DNA of 64,000 nt from Paecilomyces variotii (GCA_004022145.1 RCNU01000001.1); one strand, 5' to 3'; positions 26,318 through 38,943 are shown, counted from the first letter of the stretch. Notes: generated from the sequence alone by a model not told the origin. A program made the numbers and translations.

Positions 26318-29097
26318 TTAATATTTAGCGAAGATATTAAGGTAGCCTTTCTTGGTGAGCATGCCCCATTCGATGTACATGTAGACAGGTGGCTGCGCCT
26401 GGGACTGCTGATTCTGACTGTTCTGGCCGGGAGTGGAAGTGTTGGTCTGACCGGGATGACCAGAGCCTGCAGCATTACCGTCAGCTGCAGAGATAGGAGG
26501 AGATGCGGCGTTCGTGGCAGCGCTGCCTTCCGCTCCAACTGCCAAGTCTGCAAGGTGCTGCAAAGAGCGCTGCTCGTTAGGTCCCATCACCGGCGGAGCT
26601 CCAGTCGAAGCGCTGGTGTTAGCGTTGGTGTTCGCATTGCTCGCGGCTGTACCCTGTCCTTGGCCTTGCGCCTGAGCCCTGGCCTGCTTCCTTTCGATGG
26701 CGGTGCGTATTTTAGCATCCCAGACCGGAGTGGCGAAGATGTTTGAGAACTCTCCTCCCTCATTGGTGCGCTGGTGACGAAGGTCAATGAGCTCTTTGGC
26801 CTTGTCCAGCCATTCCCAGCACTCTTTGGCATGCTCAGGGAGATCGGTCGCCTCAAGAAGACTCATCACACTGAGGGCTAGAGCGTGGAGGTCAAAGGGA
26901 GATGGCATGCGAGGACCAGTCGTCATCTGCTTCAGCAGATCCTCAATGATACGTTGGCAGGGATAGAGGACGTCGGATGCGTCTGATATAGCAATTTGAC
27001 GTTTGACCATGACACCGAGAAACCAATAAATAAGCCTCTCCACGGTGTCTAGATAACGCCCTATGGCAGAGTTTGGATCATTTGCTCCAGGGATTTTCCG
27101 GCTCAGAGCAGCCACCCTCTGAATTTCTGTACCCAGGCGACGACTCATTACACGAGGTGCCGCCACGCTCCAGTTGAGCAAGTCGACCCCAGAAACGATG
27201 ACCTCGGTGATGTGAGGCAGAAACTCGGATAAATCTATTCAGATATTCAGGTTAGCACGTTTTGATTACTAGTATAGTAGACTTTGAACTTACGGAAAGT
27301 GTGCTCGAGGCCGGACCCAAGAGTGTCTGGATCGTAACGGACTGGTTCATTCGTCGCAAACAGGTCGGAGGTTCCAACGCTGACATCATGCCAACGAGAA
27401 AGAACGGCAAGCGTGGCATAGGCACGACATGCGAGATCACCATCTGGGGTGGTCGGAGCGGGCGCAAGGCGATCGTATGGGATAGGCGGGTTCAATTCCC
27501 CCAGGCTCCTGACGAGAGCGCGCGCGTGCCTGATGGCAAATTGGATGATGACACTCTTCTGCAAAGGATCCCGATAACGAATGCTCTCGGGGCCACGTGC
27601 GTCGCATTCCAGGACAAGGCATATCAACGTCCACATCCAAACCATATTGGCAGGGATGCTGTCACGGAGAGGCGGCATCCCTTGCTGGTAATGCCAGAGT
27701 TTGTCGACAACATTGTCTAGAGTAAAGACCTTCTTGAAATTATTCTGGACACGGTCCAGGTTCGTGTCCGTGACCGCATAGAACACGTAGAGAAGAGCCT
27801 CCTGCACTTCACGCGGACACTGGTGTAGAATCTCGAGGAACCGTTCCCGGTTGTCGGGAAGGAACCCAAGCATGGGGTGGATGCATTGGTAGTACCTGAT
27901 ATTCTGTTAGAAACCCAAAAAAACGAGGACGTGTTTGAGACCATTCAGGACATACGCATTCAGCGACCCCTCATCCACCTCCGCCGGGCTGTTATCTTCT
28001 GGCATTTTAGCCTCGTCAGTGACCTCAAGAGTATCTTGTAGACCGTGCTCGTTAGCCCAGAATGGTTGGGTAGCCTTAGGGACAGAGCCAGTACCGTTGT
28101 GAAGCGGCTGGCTGTAGAAGTCAGAGTGTTCAGCTGCAGGTGTGGTGTGTGAGCAAGACAGCGTAGAAGCACGACCAGGGGAAACAATCACGTACCAAGA
28201 CCAGGATGAGGTGCGCGGGACATGAAAGAACCCTGCGGAAACGAAGAGGTAGGGAAATTCTCTGACATGGAAAAGGTCCGTTTACGACTAAGCAGATTTC
28301 CATCCATAGGCGGGGAGAACTCCTGGTAACCTCTCGGCGACGCGACATCGTTGATCGCTGGGTACTGCATCTCAGCCTGCCCTATCGCGGGCTGCATTTG
28401 GCTTTCAAGAGTATTCAACCGTTCGGCCAGTTCTTTGATATAGCTAAACCACCCTGTCAGCTGCTGCTCTTGATATGGTAATGTCCTGCCTGCTCTTACC
28501 CTTTGCTGGGTCCTCGTTTCATCGGCACCCGACTGAACTGACAGTTTACACCCAGACGACGGCAGTTGGAACATGTTTCGACCCCGGACTCGGATGTGGC
28601 ATCGCAGCGAACCTGAGGAAAGAAAGCAACATTAGCTATCGGGTTCTGGGACGCGTCCAAGCACATAGAGAGGGAAAAGATGACGCTCCTACCTTCTTGC
28701 GCCGACATTCGTCACAAGCGCGAGATACTTTCGAACGTTTCCTACGCGCGCTCTGGTCTCCATAGCTCAAATCATGGTTGGGATCGACGCCAACCTGCTG
28801 GTTCGGAGTGAACTGCAGCATGTGTTGCTGTTGTTGATCTGCAGACTGCGGACGACCCATATCAGGCGCGCCTGGGTTGGAAGGACCCAAGACCATAGGC
28901 TGGCCATGATGCAGACCGTTGCTACCGCCATCTTGAAGATTGGCGCCAGACGCTTCACGCGAGAGTTCCGCAGAGAGGAGCTCATCGGTTGTCAACTGAC
29001 GGTTGTAGTACTGCATGGTGCCCTGGCCCATCTGCGCCGCGTTGGGAGAGGGATACGAGGGCGCCGGAGGCATATCGGAGTGTTCTCGATGATTCAT
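26318..29097 (-). CDS. Zn(II)2Cys6 transcription factor, Rgt1-like
   Basis: Spliced RACDECRRKKVRCD..CSNCRRLGVNCQFSRVPMKRGPSKGYIKELAERL. The KRGPSKGY linker is typical of the Rgt1 family. Confidence 0.85.
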
Positions 29098-30553
29098 TGC
29101 ATCGAACTGGGCCGCGAAGAGGGCGTGGAGGTGGTGTTTGTTGCTGGAGCGAGACTCCGGAAGGTGAGAGAAGGTGGTGGTTGTAAGGGCGAGGCCGAGC
29201 TGCGACGCAAGATTTTACAGGCTAATTTTCTATGGGCGGGGGGGCGATGGATAGGCTAGTGCGGGCAGCACTCGGCGCAGGAAGGCAGGACTCGTCAAAC
29301 ATCGTGCTCGACGAATTTGCGATTTACATACTTCGAGGGAGCCGGCGACATGGCGATGGGGATGCGATATAGTTCCCTTTAGGATGATTGCGTCGCGGCG
29401 GAGATCCGGCCTTTTGTTTCTGCGTCCTGCGAGCGGAATAATACTATTTCCCACCGGCCCAGACTCTCCATTTTTTCCCGGAAGAACTCGAGCACGAACG
29501 GCCCGAGTCGCTGTCGGAAATTCTGCTGGCCGAGGCTAGATGATAATGATACATACAAAGGGCGTTGGTCATGGCTGGTTGTTGCGGTCTATCCCTGGTT
29601 GACGCTGCGATGCTGTTCTGAAGCTGTTTCGTATGGCATGAGGAATAGTGGTGGTCGCCACCGCACAACTCCGCTTTGGTCTGCCCTCAGAGAGCGTCAC
29701 TTTTATACAAAGACAGCAGAATCACCCGCAGGCAAACGCCTTCAACTAGAGCAGCCTCTGCGTCTGGCTCTCTTCATGATGTCAGAACCTTTGTGTGACG
29801 CAGTAGCCTTTGTCCTGCCTTATAGAGAGGCTGGCAGGGAAAAGCTACAGTATTCACTATGTTATATTATTGAATGTAGGTAGCTAATCTATATGTGGAA
29901 CTGTGACTTCTAAGACAGAATTCTCTATTGACAAATTCTTTGAGAATAGAGTTATTATACGGACAATCTGTGACCAAAAGCAATGATTACTATCGTCTAG
30001 GAGTAAACGGACATGGCTTGATTGTATGTTGCATGTGATGTCCAAACATCTCTGGTCGTTATTCCAGATAAAGCACCCCAGAAGTCCTGTATTTCATTCC
30101 AACCTTCTCCGTCTTCATAATGCCGTCTCATATCTTCTGGAGAGAAGTTAAAGGGGAGATCACCGCATCCCTGAGAAATGGATATCTAAACCTTTGCCAG
30201 TGTCGCGATATCTTGGCCATGATCTGATCTACCAAATGGGGTCGCAATGGACAAACTGCATTCACCCAGGCTACAAGGCTATCTTGTCAAAGTGAGCCAC
30301 GCATGAATATGCGAATGTGTGGGAACCCTTATATGTAAGTAAGCTATCTAGTTAATAATATATTTCTATATCCTCGTAAGATATCTTCATAGAGACCACT
30401 TCAGATGTTTCAATATATAATAATTCTATGTACTATATGCATACTTGTAAAGAAAAGCTCAACAAAAAGGAAAAAGAAAACAAAAAGTCTAGACCGGTTA
30501 CAATACTCCATCAATGCGACCTCCCAAACACCATCCCTCCCTTGGTATCTCGA

Positions 30554-32227
30554 TTAGTTTTCCCCTAGTATCTTGACACGAGTTGGCAACCCTTGCGACG
30601 GTTTAGCAGTAACGTCCAATGTCTGATACATGTAGGTGCCGTTTTCGTAGACCGTCTCAAAGTCAAAGGTGCGCAAAGTCATGACTAGAATGATTTTGAG
30701 CTGGATCAATGCCAACGTCTGCCCAAGACAAGTTCGCGGGCCCTTCTCGAAAGGCCGCCATGCGTCCTTGGGCACAAAGTACGGGTCCGTCGGATCAGTA
30801 ACAAGATGGCGCTCGGGGTAGAACTTCTCAGAGTCTTTGAACAGGTCTTCACGCCGCATTGTGGCGCAGTTATTCACGAGAACAGCGAAGGGGTATGTTG
30901 GCCATTCCCTGCCATCCGCTTTCAAGGTCTGACCTGGCTGTCCGCTCCGCAGACTAACACCTGTCGGTGGCCATAGTCTCAACGCTTCCTTGATGATTGC
31001 GAGAGTGTAATGGAGGTTGTTAACGAGTGCGGGATCCGTCCGGAGCATAACTGCAGCTCTAGAGGGGTCCTTGCCAAAGAGTGCTTCATGTTCTTCTCGA
31101 ACACGCTTAAGGATATGAGGGCTCTTGCCAAGTGCTGCGTATGTGTACTAAGAGACGAATTAGCTAACGTACGAGAGAAGTTGTATAGGTTCCAACTTAC
31201 GCAGAGAGTGCTAGCCGAGGTGTCGTGTCCGGCAAAGATCAAAGTCTTGACTGATGCAATCAGCATCTCGCGCGTGTCCTGATTGACAGATGCCTTTGCA
31301 TCGCCCGATATACTCTTATTGTTCAAACCGATTGCAATAGCGTCGTCAATGGCAAAATACTTGCTCTTCTCATCCACAGGCGCTGTAGCTGGTCCGTGGG
31401 CGATTCTCTTGTCCACGATACGGCCGACGTAGTTGTCAAGGGCACGTCCATTTTTCCATTTCCGGTAGTGCCGACTGGGACTGATATCGTACAAGTATCG
31501 CGACCAGAAGTCTTGAGGGGCGAGAGCTGCCTGCGCTCTGAAGAGTTCAAGGAACTCATCGTCATCTCTCTGGGCGTTGCATTCAATACCCCTACACCAC
31601 TGTTAGTGAATGGAACGAATCTATACTGGAGACGAAAAAAGCTCACAAAATAACCCTAGCGGATATATTGAAGATCATACGAGCGCACACGTCCTCCATT
31701 TTGAAAACATCTTCGTTTCTTGCGTGTTCTTTGAGGACTTCAGCGAACTGTAAAGCATTGTCCACAATACCAGGAACATGCTGCAACACTTTCCGCGGTT
31801 GGAAGCCCGGCGTGAACGACTTCCTTGCTACCAGCCATTCGTGTCCATTCGCAGTAACCATAGACTTCTTGCCAAGGATATGGCCAGTCCATTTCTGCAT
31901 GACAACCGACTCCTTTGGTAGATTCATCTTCTGGACAATTTGTGTCGCGAGTTCCGGTTGGACGATAACGAGCTGCGGTGGAGCGAGGGGCCATAGATCG
32001 AGGTAGAAGAAATCGCCCAAGCCATATCGCTTGCGCATCAAATGGGCGAAAAGTTGAGGAGTTGCATCAGGTGGTAGAGACCCTGCTATTTCTCGCATGA
32101 CCAAAAAGTGACCCCAGATAGCGTGATGCGGAGGACCAGGGAGATCTTTGAACATGCTTCGCTGCTGGCGCAGTCTCCAGAGGAAATAGACCACGAGGGC
32201 TACTACTGCGACGATTGGAATGAACAT
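30554..32227 (-). CDS. Cytochrome P450 monooxygenase
   Basis: N-terminal anchor MFIPIVAVVALVVYFLW, PGPP hinge, I-helix FAGHDTS, K-helix EALR, PERH and heme motif PFEKGPRTCLG. Two introns. Confidence 0.95.
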
Positions 32228-32778
32228 ATTGAGATTCGGTTGTCTTAGAGTTGGGTGTCCAAAGCCAAGAGTCGTCACCAGCGAAGATGCAGAGGTCAAG
32301 AGGTGAAGAGTGAATGATGTTTGAATAAAATTCAGCTTCAAGCATGGGCATTGCGGAATGAGGAGATGTGCTTGGAAGATATTATTTCATCTCGAGGGAC
32401 ATGCGTTCCATCGCTTTTATATCGATATTCCCGATGCCAATTTATTCCGCATAGACTCTCTCCTGTACTCTACTTAAACCGCTGAGCCTTAGGTCCAAAA
32501 CGCCCGATGCTATATTTGGCCGATTAGTCTACGTATATTTTTAGATGCATGGAAGCAATTTAGAACGCTACTTCAGGTACAACTATCCATGCGCATTTTC
32601 ATAGAAAATCTGCTTTACACTACCCTTGGGGCTAGCGTGATAATGTAAGTGCTGCTTCTCCACAATATACCTTAGGTAGGTAGTTTGGGGGCAGGAAAAT
32701 GGGCCACTTAGACCGACAGTGTACCTTAATATGGCAACATAATCGACGCCAACCTTATCTCAAATCCTTCCAGTTGCA

Positions 32779-32917
32779 ACGAAGGATGCGCTAAAGCAAT
32801 GCCGAACCACATGGCAATGAGCCTCAACTCGCGGCTGCGCTTGGCTGCTGACTGGGGCCGACCTGTTTCTTGATCCACCATGATCTAAGTTAGTTACTGG
32901 GGGCTATCATCCTTCGT
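32779..32917. promoter_or_regulatory. Inverted pair of ACGAAGGATG elements in the P450/7TM divergent promoter
   Basis: ACGAAGGATG at 32779-32788 (+) and its reverse complement CATCCTTCGT at 32908-32917. Confidence 0.5.
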
Positions 32918-33216
32918 GTTTACTTGGGATTTACAGCTAGATTCTCTATTTCTATCCTGAAACTTCAGGATAGTGGCCCGTGGGGCGGAATAGGCCTGAT
33001 GTCCCAGGTCGATACGGACGTCACAACCTGGGGCGGAATCTGGATCTCAGAATGTCGTTCACAATACTACCTACCCCATAGAAAAAGAATAAAAAAAGAC
33101 TAGTGGAAGCAATCTGCCAATTTTAAGCGTCCTTGCCTGATTATTCTCCTTCGTTCGAATGTCAATCTTTCTCAAGTCCATCTTTCTCAACCCTCTCCAG
33201 CATCATCATCATCATC

Positions 33217-34099
33217 ATGTTCGCTCTACGAGACGCAATCTATCTTATTGAATTGTCCTTCTATGGGCCTATCATCCCTGCTATCGTTTTCATCATTCTA
33301 ATTCACACGGCTCAAAAGCCGTACACATGGCGCCCCATAGTCATACCTCTTCTCCTGCTCTCCGGGTTGCGAATTGCTGGATCATCATTGGGACTCACAG
33401 CACTCGATCCTGACAAGTCCTCGCTGCTCACCACGTCGACGTTGCTCGATACAATCGGGCTGGCGCCAGTCTTATGCTTGCTTCTAGGACTTTTGATTCG
33501 AGCGTGAGTCTCCTGTGTACCTGTCGAACTTGGCTTTCTCCCCCGGGAATAGAACATTGACAAAATATACCAGAAATGCACCATTAGACAGGGGATTGCC
33601 CATCTGGGCGTTTCTACCACTCCATTTGATCACCATCGCGGCCACCGTGATGACAGCCTATGGAGGGAGAGACCTTTATACCACTCGGAAGACACAATCA
33701 AAGGACCTGAAACTGATGAAAGCAGGAATATTCCTGTTCATCGGTGCCTTCAGTATCTCCATAATCCTAGCGATTGTAACGCTATTCCGAGCCCGCTCGA
33801 TATTTAAGAGAACGGAACGGACAGCCGCCATCTGCGCGCTCCTATGTGTTCCGTTCATGAGCGTCAGGTTGGCTTATTCGGCCGGTTCTCTCTTCTCAGG
33901 CCAGGGTTCGGTTTTGAACCCGCTTTCCGACGACGACACAAGCATATGGCTTCATTTCCTCATGGTTATTGTCATGGAATATATCCCAACGCTTTCTGCG
34001 ACTGCAGTCGCTCTGACTGCTAGGAGAATGACAATAACACATATCAGAAACGATGAAGGTAAATATGATTTGGACGATGAAAGTGAGAACTGTATTTAG
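33217..34099 (+). CDS. Fungal ~7TM integral membrane protein (DUF7702-like)
   Basis: MFALRDAIYLIELSFY..LRIAGSSL..IGLAPVL, one intron, VPFMSVRLAYS, MEY. Alternating hydrophobic segments. Confidence 0.8.
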
Positions 34100-34908
34100 A
34101 TATGTGTTTATTTTCGTTATTTATGCCTTAGATTTTTCTGTCATTCGGGGTTTTGGTTGTCGTTTTTTTATTTTGTGCCGACGAAGAAGGTACAGGTTGT
34201 GGTAGCTGGATGAAACACGCATGATAGTTATCGAATTGTCTACTGAGTCAAATTTCTATGTGTATTAGCTTCGCTTCGAAATAAATCGTATCTATTTTCG
34301 ACGTTCTTACTCGAAGTGGATTTCAGTGCTGCCTCCTGGGTGGAGCCGTTGAGCGTAGTCTATGTACTTATCCTACTCAGCCCTGGTGCTACTGCTCTGA
34401 ACATGTGCAGAACGCATTGCGGTATACTTTAGGTAGTAAAAAGCGGCGGGAAAAAAAAATCCCATATTGGCATATACATCGTCGCATATATCTTCCTGGT
34501 AGATAGTCGACCTTTTTTCTTCATGGTCAACCACGCTGTCCACGATGTCTGAACAAGAAGTTCTAGCTTCGAACAATTTCGCGCCCAAAATGGCCCCCCC
34601 AGCCACTTATATAGAATGAAGGGGCGAAGGATTATTATTCGGGGGCGCTTTACTGAGGATCGTCATAGTTTACAGTTACCAGGGCAAAATATAGAAATGG
34701 AAACTTTGATAGCTTGATTGTAGCACTGGCCAAACGGCCGCTCTAGATATATGCTCTCTATAAACAACGAAAGAAATACGACAAAAAAAAGGCATAACAG
34801 CCACTGCATGGTAATGGTATACAAAAACAGACATCCTGCCAACGCTCGACACCCATGATTTTCCAATTCCAAGACAAAAGAAAAAAAAAAAACACCTGTA
34901 GCACGCAT

Positions 34909-35865
34909 TTAGCCAATGCTTAACAATAACAGAAAACAGAACGCCATGGCCAGAACAACTAGCCATAGCAGGATTCCAAGTACCATTGCTACCCGCTTGT
35001 AATACCTTAGATGGCCAGCCTCATTGCCATGCGGGAACGGATTCGGCCTTTGTCGTCCGAGGAACTCGCATAGCGGTGCCCAACCATCCTGGCACTTGAA
35101 GACTAGTAGTCTGTTTTTCGGCACGATCTTCTTCACCCAGGCACTGTGTGCATGATATAGTTCCACAGATGGCTCAGGAGGAAGATTATATCGCTCAGAT
35201 GCTAGTTGCATCCAGCCTCGGTAAAGGTCGTTGGCGGCGACGACGCCCGGTACCCAGTATCCGATCCAGCGGAAGCACTCAGACCGCAGGTCGATGCCAA
35301 AGCCATGCCATGAGTTGAGCCAGACTTTGGCTGAGGTGCGCTCGGTGAGGATCACTTTAGCGTCAGGGTACATTTCCAAGAGATCGGGCAAGCAAGCGCT
35401 TCCAGGAACTTCGAGTGTAGCTTCGCGACCATGGAAGAGCTTTGCTAGCTTGCGTCTTCTTAATGTTGTGTCCTTGGTGTGGACAATGTCGGCACTTAAT
35501 CTGAGATTCTCGAATTGACAGAGTGGCTCTGCAAGATGGAAACAATTGTTGTAGCCAAGCTCTTCTAGTGCTTTCTTCATGCTCATGGTACCAGTTCGTG
35601 GCAGTCCAGCCTGAAGAAGTACTCATTAGCTCAATTGTATCCTGGATATGTCCATATCAGAGGATCAACTTACCACAATGACCTTTATCGTTCCTCCATG
35701 ATGCACCCCTGCTGAGGACACACGTAGCCTGAGATCCGCCTTGGGATCGGGGCTGGTGATGCTGATACCCGCCTTGAGAATAAGCGGGAGCAGGTTCAGA
35801 CTGAGCTTGTGGTAGACCCATGAATTGGGCTTGTGGATATCTATCTGAACCCTTGGGCTCTGCAT
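34909..35865 (-). CDS. Sulfotransferase-like P-loop protein (Sulfotransfer_4 type) with C-terminal TM anchor
   Basis: Spliced IKVIVAGLPRTGTMSMKKALEELGY..CFH, YPDAKVILTER..W..S, VPKNRLLVF..DGWAPLCEFLG..P..PFPHGN, then a hydrophobic tail. Confidence 0.85.
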
Positions 35866-36552
35866 CTTTGCGGTAGAATGGGCGGGAAAGGATATGAGAA
35901 GGAATTGTGATGCTAGATGGATTGGCAGCTCCTGGAACAACTGAAGATGAGAATTGGCCCGGGGAGGAGATGGATTATATTATGGTCTATAGATGAGCTC
36001 TTGATACTACCTACCTATCATTAATAGTTACAGTTCTTTTCAGAGCCTACACAGCCAAGAAAGCGTCTATACTACGGCCCCTAAGCTAAACCGCATCACG
36101 CAATGTACCCTCGGATGCCAAGAGGGATATTTTTACGAACAATACTACGATAGTGAAGCCTCATAGAGCTATTTTTACGCTCTGCCACGAGGTACCGTGT
36201 TCACGTGGAAGCGTCTGTTGATACTAAGTCTATATGTTTAAGGGATCCTGTCAGCTTGAAGCTATCTAGATCCATCGAAGATCTCGTATCAGATCAGCAT
36301 TGTTAGACGCCACTGCAAGGGACCCGCTAAGTAGCTAGTAACGGGCCGGGCGTTTCTGCAGCAGTTGCGCTTAGATCCCTGGCCCCCAGATCGATCTCTC
36401 TTCAGGGTACGCTTAATTATTATTATTAGCTTGTCTGAGCCTCCGCACTACTTCCTGGCTTGGGGCCGGGCCCCGCAAGGATCGTACCCCTACTACCTAA
36501 AATAATCACTTCCTTCTGCAACTACACTTCACGCTCACTGACACTATCCGAG

Positions 36553-36635
36553 ACGAAGGATGATGTACATAACTAAATAAATCCTCGTCGAAGACACGTT
36601 CTCACCGAAGGATGCGCTAAACTAGAGACGAAGGA
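36553..36635 (+). promoter_or_regulatory. Three CGAAGGA(TG) elements upstream of the sulfotransferase-like gene
   Basis: ACGAAGGATG 36553-36562, CGAAGGATGCGCTAAA 36606-36621 and CGAAGGA at about 36629. Confidence 0.5.
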
Positions 36636-37840
36636 AACATACTCGGAAAAGACCTTCCACGCAAATAAAAATAGGGCACTGATCATGGGGCTGAAATCCT
36701 AGAATCATGGCCGAAACTGCACTATATGCCATCGCTCGCCACGAAAGAATCGGTGGGTATACTTGGGGTTAACTTGGTCTGAAGGATTGAAAGTGCGGGT
36801 CTTGGAGTCGAAATAACAAGACTGAGGATACAACACAAATGCTACTCTTTTGGGTCCATAACGATGACCATATGGAGAGATGTAACAGAGGTTGCCACAA
36901 TTTCCGAGAACGTACTACACGTCACTTTTCAGGAATAATCGCTATGTAATTTTCTGCAAAGCTACACTCCTACGCGGAAGTTTGAACTATCCATTGGCAT
37001 TACTGTCGCATTTTCAGTGCTGTACTTTGGAGAAACCACGCCCTTTTCAACGGAGTATTACTTTGAAAATGCCAAACTATTTGATCTTGTCTATAATATG
37101 TAAAAATAAAGGAGAAATTACTGGAAACCAGTTCGACCTCACGGGGGCTAGTTTGAAACTTTTGTCGTATAACTTTATTATAATCAAGTCTGAAGAGTCA
37201 TAGGTCTGGCGGATCTAGTACAGACACCGATAAAACTCTCAGCCGCACAGATTCTACTTTCCCGCAGATGATTAGAAGGTTGATAGAATTGGGTTTTAGT
37301 AAAATTCCTTTCCACGTGGCTGCAAGGAGCCAATGGCAAAATTTCTGAAACTATGATATTCGACTTGGCTACGTGGTGGGGGCTGAATAGAGATTCGTTA
37401 GGATTAACAGGAAGTACAGAAGCCATGTCAGCACACAAAGAGTGTGCATTGTGATCTGCAGTGCTATCCATTGGTATCGGGCTTTTTTAGTATGGGGCAG
37501 AATCCACTGAATCTTTTGGATCTATACTCAGTGTAATTAGAAAATCAACAGAGCCATCTTCCTTACATATAGAATCAAGCAATCAATTCAAGATTCTGCT
37601 AGATGCTGCAGTAGCTTTTTGCTTCCGTGTCCTTCTAAGGTCTAACAAGTTCTTGATATCCACGATGGTGATATTGAAATTGAATTCGTTCTAGTTACAA
37701 CGCAATGAACATGACGTATGAAAAACAAAACCAATATGCTCAAAAACAGCCCAAACTATCTATATGCACTTGAGTAATCTAGTAGATATAAAACCGCACT
37801 TTTTCAACTGATGCAGATGCGCGCTTATAAAGGATCTCAT

Positions 37841-38943
37841 CTAGGAGTCAGCGTTAACAGTGCACTGCTGGAAGGTGCCACCTGCTCCTTCAATCATCAC
37901 TCCCTGGAACTTGCCATCGGAGCCGCCAACAACACGGTATTTACCGGGAGATTGGTCTGTTGCAGAGACTACGGTTAGCTTCTACTCGACACAATATTGT
38001 AAAAGTGAGCGGGAGCTGAACAAGAACTTACCTCCATAGAAGGTTCCTCCTGGGATGATTGGGAATTCGAGCAGCTCCTTGGTAACACCCGGGTACACCT
38101 GGGAACCGCCGCTCATGTTGCCAAAGACTTCAGGGTATTTACCGTATGTACCGACAGCGTTGTCCTTCAGCTGCTTGAAGGCACTTCCGACATCGTCCTT
38201 GGACAGAGTGGTACCATCGGGGCAGGTAGCAGAGCCGACCTTCTTCTTCTTAGCACGGGCGGCGAGCTCGTTCGTCTGGGAGCTAGGGGAGGGAGCAGAT
38301 GTGTCTCGGACGGCGAGTTCATCATCGCCGCTGTCGTCGTTGTCGTCGCCATTGTCACCGTTGCCTTTCTTGTCGCCCTTGTCGCCCTTGTCCTTCTTGT
38401 CTTCCTTATCTTTGTCGTCGTCGTCGTCGTTGCGCTTGTCCTTGACAGGGGTGCAGGCTTCGTAGGCACCGGAAATGGTAGCACCAGTATGTTGCATTAC
38501 ACCCCTGAAGTCTCCGCGATTATTCTTGTAGTCAGTGACTACGCGGTATGCACCGGGGGGTCCTAAGAAGGGCTTTATGTTAGCATATCGCAAAACATGA
38601 TGTGAGCGTATTGGGACAATGTACCTCCTGTATACGCAGCACCAGAGATAATTGGGAACTCTCTAAGATCAGTGCCGTCAGGGATGTTCGAGAAGACTTT
38701 CCCCCCGCCACTCTTGTTTCCGAAGGGCTTAGGATAGCTGCGCGCGACGGTTCTATCGTCGTGGGCTCTGCACTCTTGGAGTGCAGTCTTGATATCATCT
38801 TTGGCAATCGTTGAGCCATCAGGACAAAGGTAGTCACTGAGCTTGGCTGCTCTCTTGGTGAGAGCGTTCTCCGCTGTAGAAGACGCGGGGATAGGAGAGG
38901 CATAGGCCACGGCGACGAGCCCGTAGAGGAAAACTGACTTCAT
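37841..38943 (-). CDS. Secreted polyprotein with two RNase T1/U2-fold domains
   Basis: Signal MKSVFLYGLVAVAYA, pro-site ALTKR. Domain 1: YPKPFGN..REFPII..GGPPGAYRVV..GVMQHTGA..ACT. Acidic linker. Domain 2: YPEVFGN..LEFPII..SPGKYRVV..GVMIEGA..QCT. Introns 38563-38624 and 37957-38031. Confidence 0.88.

Noticed and set aside
26318-29097. Zn2Cys6 gene as pathway-specific regulator of the adjacent P450 module
   Set aside because: It looks like the conserved Rgt1-like core factor, and adjacency alone is not enough.
36892-37471. Short ORFs between the sulfotransferase-like gene and the RNase
   Set aside because: Possibly decayed sequence, but no identifiable homology.
37841-38943. Calling the RNase a ribotoxin (alpha-sarcin/restrictocin)
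   Set aside because: The domains are T1-sized and lack the extended N-terminal hairpin and long basic loops of ribotoxins.
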